Shown: positions 1 to 9,185 of the stretch, piece by piece | Numbering within the stretch: position 1 is the stretch's first letter | Layout: each line of letters opens with the position of its first letter | Assembly: GCA_965206125.1 (NCBI GenBank) | Contig: CBDBIN010000041.1 | Span: 155,674 to 219,673, forward strand | Direction: 5' to 3' | Length of the DNA stretch: 64,000 nucleotides | DNA from: Terriglobia bacterium | GTDB taxonomy: Bacteria; Acidobacteriota; Terriglobia; 20CM-2-55-15 | Notes under the pieces: generated by a model | The model's input: the letters and a program-made list of their open reading frames with translations, nothing else | What the model was told of the DNA's origin: nothing | Databases searched by the model: none | Program-made: the position numbers and the translations under genes

Positions 1-109
1 CTGACGATCGATGGGTTCTTTGAACGGGGCCCTAGATACGGTTTTCGAAGCTATGCTCACCGGCTAGGGAGGTGTTCCAGTCTATCACTATGACATCAGC
101 TCTGGTGCA

Positions 110-1690
110 TTGCCTGCAGGATTGGAATTGGATTCAAAAACAGGAATGATAGCTGGCATGCCTACCGAACCAGGCATGTTTGCCGTGACTTTCCGGGTGA
201 GAGACTATGACGAAAGAGGTCTTGGTGCTGCTACGGAAGCTACCATCCACATCACGGAGACGACAACTGATATAGACAACAATGATCTCTTGGAGAGTTT
301 TTCGTTCAGCGACCGTGGCGGATCATCAACGACCAGTCGGGGAACAGCCACAACTACGACCGTTGGCTACGGACGGATAAGTCCAGATTCCGGCATGACG
401 ACGCCTTCCGGTCTAGCCATATTTGGGTTTATCCAAAATGGCGTTCTGGTCACAGAGGCCGGCGTTCCCGCGGCAGCACCAATCCAAGAAGGCCGCATCT
501 TCGCTGAAGTAAACGGCCCGGTGAACACGGGACTCGCCATCGCCAACCCCAACGACGTAGCCGCCACAATCTCGTTCTTCTTTACCGACGTGAATGGAGT
601 GAACTTCGGCAGCGACAACTTCCCGCTCGGTGCGAACGAACAGACTGCGAAGTTTCTGGATCAGGACCCATTCAACGGCGGAACGTCCGTGCTGGGAACG
701 TTCACATTTACATCGTCCGTACCTATTTCTGTCGTCGCCCTCCGAGGGTTCACCAACGAGCGAGGCGATTTTCTAATCACCACGCTGCCAGTCGCACCAC
801 TATCGTCAACATTCACGGGCCCGGTTTACTTCCCTCACTTTGCCGATGGCGGGGCCTGGACCACACAAGTCATTCTCGTGAACCCCACAGATTCCACGAT
901 AACGGGCAACATCGAGTTCCTAGGCCAAGGCAGTGGTACGACAGCGGCCACACCGGTAACGCTGGCGCTAGTCGGTAGACAAATCGAGCCAAGCTACTCG
1001 TATTCCATCTCACCACGCAGTGCACAGCGATTCACGACTTCAAATCCCGCCGGTGCGACTTCGGTAGGATCGGTTCGGGTGACGCCGGATGTTAGTAGCA
1101 CGAGCCCTTCTGGCCTTGGAATCTTCTCCTTCATTACGGGTGGGATTACGGTGTCTGAAGCTGGTGTACCCGCGCTTCCGGAAGCATCAGCGTTTAGGGT
1201 GTACGTTGAGGCGTCTGGGACACCTGGGGCAATTAACTCGGTCCGTAGTGGACTGGCGATCACTGACACGTCGGGATCGACGAATACCGTGACGATGGAA
1301 TTGACGGATTTGAACGGCGCAACGGTGGGTGCGGCCGCAATTCTATCCATTCCACCATCTGGTCAGGTCGCCCGATTCATCGACGAGTTCTTTACCCTGC
1401 CTGCCAACTTCTCAGGGGTACTGCGAGTAACGTCAACCTCAGATGTGGCAATTGTGGGACTGAGGGCGCGTACGAACCAACGTGGCGATTTCATGATTAC
1501 AACAACACCCCCGTCCGATGAAGTGGCGGCTCCCACCAGCGTGGATACGTACTTCCCTCACTTTGCCGATGGTGGGGGCTGGTCTACGCAATTCGTCTTG
1601 TTCAGTGGTACGGCAGGACAGACTTCGGCGGGAAGTCTGAGCTTTATCGACCAGGCTGGTCAACCACTTGATCTGGAACTCCAACAGTGA
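110..1690 (+). CDS. Secreted/cell-surface repeat protein: N-terminal He_PIG-like Ig motif (LPAGLELDSKTGMIAGMPTEPGMFAVTF) followed by two ~210-aa internal repeats, each ending in a YFPHFADGGxW motif
   Basis: Long ORF from the track. The internal duplication is visible in the translation. Only a TTG start is available after the in-frame stop at 65-67, so the 5' end is uncertain. Confidence 0.5.
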   Translation: MPAGLELDSKTGMIAGMPTEPGMFAVTFRVRDYDERGLGAATEATIHITETTTDIDNNDLLESFSFSDRGGSSTTSRGTATTTTVGYGRISPDSGMTTPSGLAIFGFIQNGVLVTEAGVPAAAPIQEGRIFAEVNGPVNTGLAIANPNDVAATISFFFTDVNGVNFGSDNFPLGANEQTAKFLDQDPFNGGTSVLGTFTFTSSVPISVVALRGFTNERGDFLITTLPVAPLSSTFTGPVYFPHFADGGAWTTQVILVNPTDSTITGNIEFLGQGSGTTAATPVTLALVGRQIEPSYSYSISPRSAQRFTTSNPAGATSVGSVRVTPDVSSTSPSGLGIFSFITGGITVSEAGVPALPEASAFRVYVEASGTPGAINSVRSGLAITDTSGSTNTVTMELTDLNGATVGAAAILSIPPSGQVARFIDEFFTLPANFSGVLRVTSTSDVAIVGLRARTNQRGDFMITTTPPSDEVAAPTSVDTYFPHFADGGGWSTQFVLFSGTAGQTSAGSLSFIDQAGQPLDLELQQ

Positions 1691-1744
1691 ACATCATCCT
1701 GAACTTCTTTGAAGAACTGAAGGAACGGGTGCCTGTACCGTAGC
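1672..1744 (+). pseudogene. Orphan C-terminal tail fragment of a Ser/Thr kinase-TolB family gene (SGTPTVNIILNFFEELKERVPVP*)
   Basis: In a different frame from the preceding ORF and directly after its stop. Translation matches the tail of kinase 3635-6334 (NVVLNWFEELKERVPPP*) and is near-identical to the orphan tail at 18740-18814. Confidence 0.5.
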
Positions 1745-2184
1745 CCTCGCTGATCGAGTCTTCCAATCCCCGCAAACTCGCCGATTCGCAAGACTGTTTC
1801 AATCCACATGACTGTGTAGTCGCCGACTCGGAGAAGTGGATTTTCACGAAGACTCCGCCAACAAGGGCGTTTCAGATCTCCGTATCTGGACTCCCCTGTC
1901 AAGTAGACGCAATTGTCCTGTGTACGATCTCCGGAGACTTAAATCAGCATCACTGACGAGACGATTCGAAGTGAGTGGCAAGTCGACTGCATCCGTATCT
2001 CCGGCCTCTCAAGTGGAATATTTTGGTTCCGGGCCATGATGGTATTCGCGCGCGGGGGGCCAACCGAGTAGACGGCCTCTTGAGGGCCAGGAGATCTGTC
2101 GGCATTTACCCGCGCCGGTCTGACCGGTACGCCATCAACTCAAAACGTCATCGCAGATCGCTGAACAGAATTTTAGACTGCGGG

Positions 2185-2763
2185 TCAGGCCGCCTGATAC
2201 TGGGCCTGATAGTCGCAGTCTCGTTTCCAGACCGCCCACACTCTTCGGGCCAGCTTGTTGGCCACCGCAACGGCCGCCTTGTTATGTCCTCGAAGTTCCT
2301 GAAGTCGAACACCCCATCGCTGTAATTCCGATGGGGTCTCTGCCTTCTGGGCCCTCCATAACACCGAACGACCTCCGTGGATGAGCAGCGTCCTGAGATA
2401 GCGATCACCACGCTTACTGATTCGATCCAACCGACGCTGATTGCCACTGGAATGTTCCCGCGGTGTGAGTCCCAGATAGCTGGCAAACTGGCGCGATGAT
2501 CGAAATCGCTGGATATCGCCGACAAACCCCACCAGGGCTGTGGCGGTCAACAGCCCTACTCCAGGGATCGAGCGGAGACGCGCCACCACCGGTGTTTGCT
2601 CGGCCAGAGATTTCAGCTCCCTGTCCACGGTGTGTAAGTGAGACTCCAGTTCCCGTATCTCTTCACACACTTGGTCCAACATCTCCCGAACCACACTGGG
2701 GATCTCGATCTCGGCATCCTCGATCAGTCCCATCACTCCCGGTACCAGATGGCGTGCGCCGAG
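2185..2763 (-). mobile_element. IS110-family transposase, C-terminal (Transposase_20-like) fragment only; N-terminal DEDD domain missing
   Basis: Translation carries SIPGVGLLTATALVGFVGDIQRFRSSRQFASYLGLTPREHSSG...ISKRGDRYLRTLL, the typical IS110/IS116/IS902 C-terminal block. An in-frame stop lies at 2764-2766, so the N-terminal half is missing. Confidence 0.7.
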
Positions 2764-2806
2764 TCAAGCCCATTCTTAGTTGAAACTCTCCACGGCTCAC
2801 GATTGG

Positions 2807-3490
2807 TCACGCAACCTTCTTCTTCGATCTCGTCGACGTCTTCGCCTCAATCTTCAGCTCCCGCCTGAGGGCTTCGCGGAGCTTTGGAAGATGACGGTAG
2901 CCGATCACCTTCCTCAAGCGTCGTTCGATGTCGATGAGCGCCGTCGCCAACCAGCGCTGCCGCTGGCTCGAGTTCTTCCAATGATCGACCTTCGCGCACC
3001 TTTCCTCGACGAGGGCATTGACCGATTCCAAGCAATTCGTCGTCTTGAACGAACGGCCCAGGACCCCGTACACGCCGAGTCGATGCAACGTGAGGGTCTC
3101 CTCCAGGCCTTCCTCAAGGCTCGCAGCGGCCGATTGGTTTCGCTCCTCGAGCTCTCCATGGAGCTGTTCGAGGGCCGCCCGGGCTTCGTTGTACTCCGGG
3201 CGCTGGTACGCACGCTGAAGCCGCTTGCGCCACGCGGCTTGCTCGGTCTTCGACAGGTAGCTCACCACGTTCTCGCGTTTGTGCCATTGGCAGCGTTGGA
3301 CCAGGGCTCGATTACCGAATGCCCGCTTGACTGCCGCGCGCAGACCTTTGCCGCCGTCGACGATCACCAGCACGCCTTCAGAGATGTCCAGGCCTCGCTC
3401 CATCAATGAACGGAGAAACGGAGTCAGTACCTGCTCGTTCTCCGTACTCGTCTCCACGAAGCCTAAGAAGCGTTTGTCGCCCGTAACCAT
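2807..3490 (-). mobile_element. IS256-family (Mutator-like) transposase, C-terminal half fragment
   Basis: 227-aa ORF with the IS256 C-terminal signature (...QRCQWHKRENVVSYL...). It lacks the N-terminal ~170 aa that carry the first DDE residues. The fragment abuts the truncated kinase gene at 3490/3494. Confidence 0.75.
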
Positions 3491-3634
3491 GCTGCACTAG
3501 AGCGCCAGGCTGACGAGCGAGCGGCCTTTTTAGACGAGATCTGCCTCGACGACGCAGATCTGCGCCGGGAGGTCGAATCACTGCTCGGCTACGCGTCCAA
3601 AGCGGAAGGATTCATCCAAGAACCCGCTCTGGAT

Positions 3635-6334
3635 GTGGTCGCTCAAGGCATGCCCCAACAGCTGGCACAGCCGATGATCGGGCGGCATGTCGGGGTTTAC
3701 GAGATCCAGGCCCTGATCGGTCGGGGAGGGATGGGCGATGTCTATCAGGCCCGGGACTCCCGGCTGGACCGCAACGTTGCGATTAAGACGTTACCGGACG
3801 TGTTCAGTTCGGATCCCGAGCGGCTGTCCCGGTTCGAGCGCGAGGCCAGGATCGTCGCTTCTCTCAACCATCCCAATATCGCGGTCATCCATGGGCTTGA
3901 AGAATACGACGGAAACCGTTTTCTCGTTCAGGAGCTGGTTGCGGGCGAAACACTGGCGGAGCAGCTCGAAGACGGCCCGCTTCCCATCAAGGAAGCGCTT
4001 CAACTGGCGGTTCAGATTGCTGCGGCGCTCGAAGCCGCCCACGAGAACGGCATCATCCATCGGGACCTGAAGCCTGCCAACATCAAGGTGACCCCCGATG
4101 ATCTCGTGAAGGTTCTCGACTTCGGCCTGGCCAAATCGATGGCGCGAGATGATGCCGACATGAACGCGTCGGTCGCCGTGACGGCCTCGACCGAACCCGG
4201 AGTTATCCTGGGGACGGCGGCCTACATGAGTCCCGAGCAGGCACGTGGCAAGCGGGTCGACAAACGGACCGACATCTGGGCGTTCGGATGCGTCTTGTAC
4301 GAAATGCTTACTGGGCGCCGACCGTTTGTGGGTGAAACACTTTCAGACGCGATCGCCAAGATTCTCGAGACCGAACCCGACTGGCAATGCCTCCCCGAGG
4401 GAATCCACCCAAGGATTCGCGAACTGATCGAACGTTGCCTCGACAAGGACGTCAAGAGTCGGTGGCACGACATCGCGGATGTGCGGTTGGACATTCAGAA
4501 GGTTCTGACCGATCCGGACGGCACCGTGGTCCAGCCCGTCGTCGCCGCGCAATCCCAGATCACGATCCCTTCGTCGCAAATCCGGGTCGTCGCCATCTTG
4601 TTGGTCGTGGCGCTGGCCGGCTATGCGGTCTGGCGCCTGATTCGCCCTGAACCGCCCACCCCGCTTACGGTATCTCGCTTCTCGTTGACCCTTCCCGAAA
4701 CCGATGAGATCACCGGCAGCGGTGTGATGACCCTGTCACCGGACGGCAACCGGTTCGTCTATGCGGCCGCACGCGACGGGGTGCAGCAGCTCTTCCTCCG
4801 TTTCCGGGATCAATCGGACCCGATCCCGATCCCGGACACCGAGGGCGCAGTACACCCGTTTTTCTCGCCAGACGGCAACTCGGTGGGCTTTTTTGCAGGA
4901 GGCGTGTTAAAGAAGATCCCGTCTTCAGGTGGATCCGCCGCGACCGTCAGTCGGGCCGGCCACTACGGCCCATCCAGTTGGGGACCCGACGAAAGCATCG
5001 TGTTCGCTTCGGTGACGGGACTGATGCAGGTGCCGACGGCAGGGGGCGAACCCCGACCGCTCACTACAGTAAATGGGGCCGACATGCACCTGTGGCCGGC
5101 GTTCCTCCCGGATGGAAAGGCCGTGCTCTTCACGATCTGGAAGAGGGGCGCACTTTCGGAGAAGAAGGTGGCAGTGGTCTCGCTAGAGACCGGCGAGCAG
5201 CACGTTCTGGCGGATGGCGCCGTTGCCCATTATGCTTCGTCGGGACATCTCGTCTTCGGACGTGAAGGTTCGCTCTGGGCGGCGCGATTTGATACGGAGC
5301 GCCTGGAGCTGACGGGAGAACCTGTTCCGACGGTCGAAGACGTCGAGGTCGACTCCTATGGTTGGACGGACTACTCGATTGCAGGAGACGGCTCACTGGT
5401 CTATCGGGCCGGCGTGGAACCGGCAGGCCGCACGCTTGTGTGGGTAGACCGGGACGGGCAGGAAGAGCCCCTCGCGGCGGCTCCGCGCAACTATTTCGAT
5501 CCCAGCATTTCCCCCGACGGGACACGAGTCGCCTTGACCGTTCTCGATGGCAGTGAGGTTCGAGAGAGCCAGAGCATCTGGATCTGGGACCTCACCCGCG
5601 AGACGCTGACCCGGCTGACCTCCGATGAGGGGATGGACGTCAAGCCTGTCTGGACACGCGATAGTCAGCGTATCGCTTTCATGTCGGACCGCCCGGATGG
5701 CTCCGGTGTCTACTGGACGGCAGCCGACGGCACCGGGAGGCCTGAACGCCTCGTGTCGGCTCCGGATCGATTCCTCGTCCCGACTTCCTGGTCTGGTGAC
5801 GGGAACACGATGTTGCTTTCCGAGGTCTTGAGCGACAACACCGGTTTTGACATCGGTGCGCTGTCGATGGATGGAGACCACGAGTTGAAACATCTCCTGC
5901 AGGAAGAATTCATTGAAGCCGGTGCGTACACCTCACCAGATGGGCGGTGGATGGCCTATGTGTCCACGGAGTCGGGCGGCCGTGAAATCTACGTGAGGCC
6001 GTTCCCCGACGTGGAAGCCGGAAAGTGGAGGGTGTCCACAGAGGGTGGAACGGACTCCGGGTGGTCGCCCGATGGGCGGGAATTGTTCTACCGTGCCGGC
6101 CCGGCGATGATGTCTGTCGCCGTGGAAACCGAGCCGACCTTCAGCGCGGGGATTCCGAAGACCCTATTCGAAGGAACGTATTTTGCGGCGGTGGGTCCGC
6201 AGTGGGCGGTCGGCTCGGACGGACGGTTCCTCATGATCAAGCGCGGTTCGACCTCGGACCGCACCGCGGTTCCACGCTTCAACGTCGTCCTGAACTGGTT
6301 TGAAGAGCTGAAGGAACGAGTGCCGCCGCCGTAA
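3635..6334 (+). CDS. Ser/Thr protein kinase with transmembrane segment and C-terminal TolB-like beta-propeller; N-terminally truncated by the IS256 fragment
   Basis: Kinase motifs GRGGMGDVY, VAIK, HRDLKPANIKV, DFGLAK and GTAAYMSPEQ are present. A TM helix (RVVAILLVVALAGYAVW) is followed by repeated SPDG propeller motifs and the conserved tail LNWFEELKERVPPP. In-frame upstream sequence 3467-3634 encodes ...ALERQADERAAFLDEICLDDADLRREVESLL, the family N-terminal extension, and has no start codon: the first ~20 codons are lost to the IS256 junction. Confidence 0.85.
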   Translation: MVAQGMPQQLAQPMIGRHVGVYEIQALIGRGGMGDVYQARDSRLDRNVAIKTLPDVFSSDPERLSRFEREARIVASLNHPNIAVIHGLEEYDGNRFLVQELVAGETLAEQLEDGPLPIKEALQLAVQIAAALEAAHENGIIHRDLKPANIKVTPDDLVKVLDFGLAKSMARDDADMNASVAVTASTEPGVILGTAAYMSPEQARGKRVDKRTDIWAFGCVLYEMLTGRRPFVGETLSDAIAKILETEPDWQCLPEGIHPRIRELIERCLDKDVKSRWHDIADVRLDIQKVLTDPDGTVVQPVVAAQSQITIPSSQIRVVAILLVVALAGYAVWRLIRPEPPTPLTVSRFSLTLPETDEITGSGVMTLSPDGNRFVYAAARDGVQQLFLRFRDQSDPIPIPDTEGAVHPFFSPDGNSVGFFAGGVLKKIPSSGGSAATVSRAGHYGPSSWGPDESIVFASVTGLMQVPTAGGEPRPLTTVNGADMHLWPAFLPDGKAVLFTIWKRGALSEKKVAVVSLETGEQHVLADGAVAHYASSGHLVFGREGSLWAARFDTERLELTGEPVPTVEDVEVDSYGWTDYSIAGDGSLVYRAGVEPAGRTLVWVDRDGQEEPLAAAPRNYFDPSISPDGTRVALTVLDGSEVRESQSIWIWDLTRETLTRLTSDEGMDVKPVWTRDSQRIAFMSDRPDGSGVYWTAADGTGRPERLVSAPDRFLVPTSWSGDGNTMLLSEVLSDNTGFDIGALSMDGDHELKHLLQEEFIEAGAYTSPDGRWMAYVSTESGGREIYVRPFPDVEAGKWRVSTEGGTDSGWSPDGRELFYRAGPAMMSVAVETEPTFSAGIPKTLFEGTYFAAVGPQWAVGSDGRFLMIKRGSTSDRTAVPRFNVVLNWFEELKERVPPP

Positions 6335-6427
6335 GGCACCGAACTGCTCAGCCGTAAGGCACCCCAGGAACTCCTGAGCGAGGTCCTAGGCATCCACATA
6401 CATGTGTAACGCTGACCCTTCCACAGA

Positions 6428-7261
6428 TCACTTCTCCCAGCTGAAAACACCTCGCTCAAAATCGAACTGGATCCGTTTCAGTCCGAGCGATGCAACCGAG
6501 AGGACGCCGAGCTTGTCGACGCCCTCCAGCGGCGGAGCAGAAGTCACGTTTGCGCGCAACTCGCGCCAGAGGGACGACCCTAAGCGCACTTCCCGCAAGC
6601 GAACTTCGGTCACGGTGGCGGCACCGGTAAGGTTCAACGTCCGGACCGATCGCGTCAGTGGCGAACGGACGATCTGACTCAACCTGTCAGTCTGGTGGAG
6701 TGTGATCCCGGCTGCCCCCGTGTCCACCGAAAGGCGAACGGGCTGACCACGAACCTCGAGGGTCACGATCGCCAGGGACTGCTCCAGATCGAAGGGAACC
6801 GACTCGGGCAAGGTTTCCGTGGGCTCGAAGACGATCTCCTCGGTCTCGAAGTCGATGCCGAAGTCGGACCGGCCAAGCACCTCCATGCCGATGATCGCGT
6901 CCACGCCCCAGTCTGAGAGGTCCGCGACAAGAACGACAGCCGCCGTGTAGATTGGACCGATTCGAAGGTTACGGACGATGGCCTGGTCGACGGTTGAAGT
7001 TTTCCCGAACGCCGCCACGACTGAGGACATGCGGGGGATGTCCAGACGATCCGCGATGCGGGTGTCGATGACGGAACGGTTTGCGCCCGTGTCAATCAGA
7101 GCTTGGAGCGGCAACCCTTCTACCTGGGCCTCGACCACGATCAGGTGGCCTCTCCGGGTTTCGAAGCTGATGCGGAGCTCGCCGGGATTCGCTGCCCAGA
7201 CCCTGGGACCGGTTGCCGTTGCCACGACTGTCAGCAGCAGGAGACTTGCGATTCGGTGCAC
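6428..7261 (-). CDS. Secreted retropepsin-like (clan AA) aspartyl protease with two DTGA active-site motifs
   Basis: Signal-peptide-like N-terminus. LIDTGANRSVI and SVDTGAAGITL motifs are each followed by Ile-Gly-type flaps (AIIGMEVLG). Confidence 0.65.
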   Translation of the reverse strand: MHRIASLLLLTVVATATGPRVWAANPGELRISFETRRGHLIVVEAQVEGLPLQALIDTGANRSVIDTRIADRLDIPRMSSVVAAFGKTSTVDQAIVRNLRIGPIYTAAVVLVADLSDWGVDAIIGMEVLGRSDFGIDFETEEIVFEPTETLPESVPFDLEQSLAIVTLEVRGQPVRLSVDTGAAGITLHQTDRLSQIVRSPLTRSVRTLNLTGAATVTEVRLREVRLGSSLWRELRANVTSAPPLEGVDKLGVLSVASLGLKRIQFDFERGVFSWEK

Positions 7262-7387
7262 GGTGTCGACCTCCCGGGCCGGGTGTCATTGGCCCTCGCA
7301 TCGGGAGGCGGAAACCGCCGTCAAAAACCGGCAAACGTGCTGGAGATTTCCGTTTCAGAGCCTGAAAATTTCCTACTTTGCTTGCCA

Positions 7388-8600
7388 CCTCAACCAATCG
7401 ATGCAACACAAGCGTTGAATCGTTCTGCTGGAGTTTCAAACTCCAGCGTCTTACGCGGCCGTTCATTGAGCTTACGTGCCACCTTGTTCAGGTGCGCCTG
7501 CGAGTGCACCGATAAGTCGGTTCTCTTTGGGAAGTACTGTCGGAGCAGGCCATTCGTGTTTTCATTGGAACCACGTTGCCATGGACTCTGCGGATCGCAG
7601 AAGTAGACGTCGATGTCGGTCGCCAGGGTAAACCGCCGATGATCTCCCATTTCCTTGCCGCGATCCCAGGTCAGCGATTTATACAGCTCGGTCGGTAGTT
7701 TCTTCGCGTGCTTGATCAGTGCAGGCACGACGGTCTTGGTCTGTTTATCCGACACTTTCACCAACATCACGTAACGGGTATGGCGTTCGACCAGGGTCGC
7801 AATGTAGGTGTTGTTCGATCCCACTATCAGATCTCCCTCCCAGTGACCGGGAACGGCACGATCTTCGACCTCGGCCGGGCGCTCACGAATCGATACGATA
7901 TCGGCGAGATCCCCTTTCCCGTGACCTTTGTGACTGGAATGTCGGGATCGACGAATCGTTCGTCTCGACCTCAGATGTCTAAGTAGTTCTTTCTTAAACA
8001 CCCCGCGCGCCTGCACGAATAGGCTGCGATAGATCGTCTCGTGGGACACGTGATACGACTCATCCTCTGGATAGGATCGCTTCAGCCAGCCGGCGATCTG
8101 TTCGGGCGACCAATTCCGCCGGAGCTTCCTCGCCACCATTCGCCGTAACCGCGGATGGCGACCCAACTGACATCGCTTCGGGCGACGGGCCCGGTTCCAA
8201 GCCTGTTCATCGGCGACAGACGCCCGGTAGTCATCATAGCCCCTATTGCGCTGGATCTCCCGGCTCACCGTCGAGGGTGAACGCCCCAGACACTCTGCGA
8301 TCGAACGCAACGACTGCTCGGCCGCGATCCCGCGGGAGATCTCCTCACGTTCCGACAGGCTCAAAGCCAACCTCGACCGTCGTCGTGGTCGAGGACGAAT
8401 GCCTCCGGTATGCGCCAGCTGACAATATACAGACGATGACAGCTTGCCAAACGCTCGCCCGATCTCATGCAGAGATTCCCCTCGCCGCCACCGATCCCAT
8501 ACCTCCGCCTTCTCCGCCGCCGTGAAACCGAATCGCATCCCTTTCCGCATACACTCCACCTCTTCCTTTTAAGATAAAGTGTTGCGTCGATCCGTTGAGA
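7388..8600 (-). mobile_element. IS30-family insertion sequence, copy 1 (about 1.21 kb)
   Basis: Terminal inverted repeats CTCAAC(G/C)GATCGA(C/T)GCAACAC found at both ends by alignment with copy 2. Flanking sequence diverges outside 7388 and 8600. Confidence 0.85.
7390..8559 (-). CDS. IS30-family DDE transposase (389 aa)
   Basis: Motifs HWEGDLI, TWDRGKEM and FCDPQSPWQRGSNENTNGLLRQYFPKRTDL. N-terminal HTH. Five aa differ from the copy at 11710-12879. Confidence 0.9.
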   Translation of the reverse strand: MECMRKGMRFGFTAAEKAEVWDRWRRGESLHEIGRAFGKLSSSVYCQLAHTGGIRPRPRRRSRLALSLSEREEISRGIAAEQSLRSIAECLGRSPSTVSREIQRNRGYDDYRASVADEQAWNRARRPKRCQLGRHPRLRRMVARKLRRNWSPEQIAGWLKRSYPEDESYHVSHETIYRSLFVQARGVFKKELLRHLRSRRTIRRSRHSSHKGHGKGDLADIVSIRERPAEVEDRAVPGHWEGDLIVGSNNTYIATLVERHTRYVMLVKVSDKQTKTVVPALIKHAKKLPTELYKSLTWDRGKEMGDHRRFTLATDIDVYFCDPQSPWQRGSNENTNGLLRQYFPKRTDLSVHSQAHLNKVARKLNERPRKTLEFETPAERFNACVASIG

Positions 8601-8646
8601 TCAGCCTAGAATGTGGGCACTTGTAAGTCACTGACAAACCGGGGTC

Positions 8647-9185
8647 ATGCCCATGAAGGCGTCTTCGTCTGCGGAGGTAACCGGCCTACTCCTTGCCTGG
8701 CGGCAAGGGGACGATGCAGCTCTCGAGCAGCTCATGCCCGTCGTCTACGCGGAGCTGCGCCGACGAGCGCAGCACTACATGGCCGGGGAGAGGGCCGGGC
8801 AGCTCTCACCACGTTGTTGCTCGTCGCCGTCGCCACCATCGCCGCGTGGAACTTGAAGCCATCCGACCCCCGGCCCGTAAGCCGATTTGTCATTGAGCTA
8901 CCGGAGGACCAGGTTCTGACTTCGGTCGGTGGTTCTGTGGTCTTTTCGCCAGATGGAACTCGAGTCGTATACGCCGCAAGCGGAGGACTCTACCTACGCT
9001 CAATCGATACACTGGGCGCGACACTGATTCCTGGGACCGAAGGGATATCTGGCAGCCCGTTCTTCTCTCCTGACGGCGAGTGGGTCGGTTATCGCTCAGC
9101 CGACCAGTTAATGAAGATCGCCCTCACTGGTGGCCCCCCTGTGAGTCTGTGCGACGCCGGCCCTCTGTACGGTGCTAGTCCCTGA
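8647..9185 (+). pseudogene. Degenerate kinase-family gene: ECF-sigma-like N-terminal region joined by deletion/frameshift to the TM + TolB-propeller start; kinase domain absent
   Basis: Frame 1 encodes TGLLLAWRQGDDAALEQLMPVVYAELRRRAQHYMAGERAGQL (sigma-70 region-2-like start of this kinase family). Frame 2 continues ...LTTLLLVAVATIAAWNLK...VVFSPDGTRVVYAAS...SPFFSPDGEWVGY. The gene ends at the IS1380-like insertion. Confidence 0.6.

Noticed and set aside
6327-6365. 13-bp direct repeat GCCGTAAGGCACC (two copies, 25 bp apart) just after the kinase stop, and a weak CTCAG/CTGAG hairpin
   Set aside because: Too short and isolated to interpret. No T-run for a terminator. Could be coincidental.
3738-6459. 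Numerous ORFs of 60-170 aa overlapping the kinase gene on either strand
   Set aside because: They lie entirely within a strongly supported 899-aa kinase/propeller CDS. High-GC frame artefacts.
7708-8525. Antisense ORFs (82, 87 and 92 aa) inside IS30 copy 1, with identical counterparts inside copy 2 (11744-12561)
   Set aside because: They are on the opposite strand of a well-supported transposase gene, with no motifs. Their duplication only reflects the IS copy.
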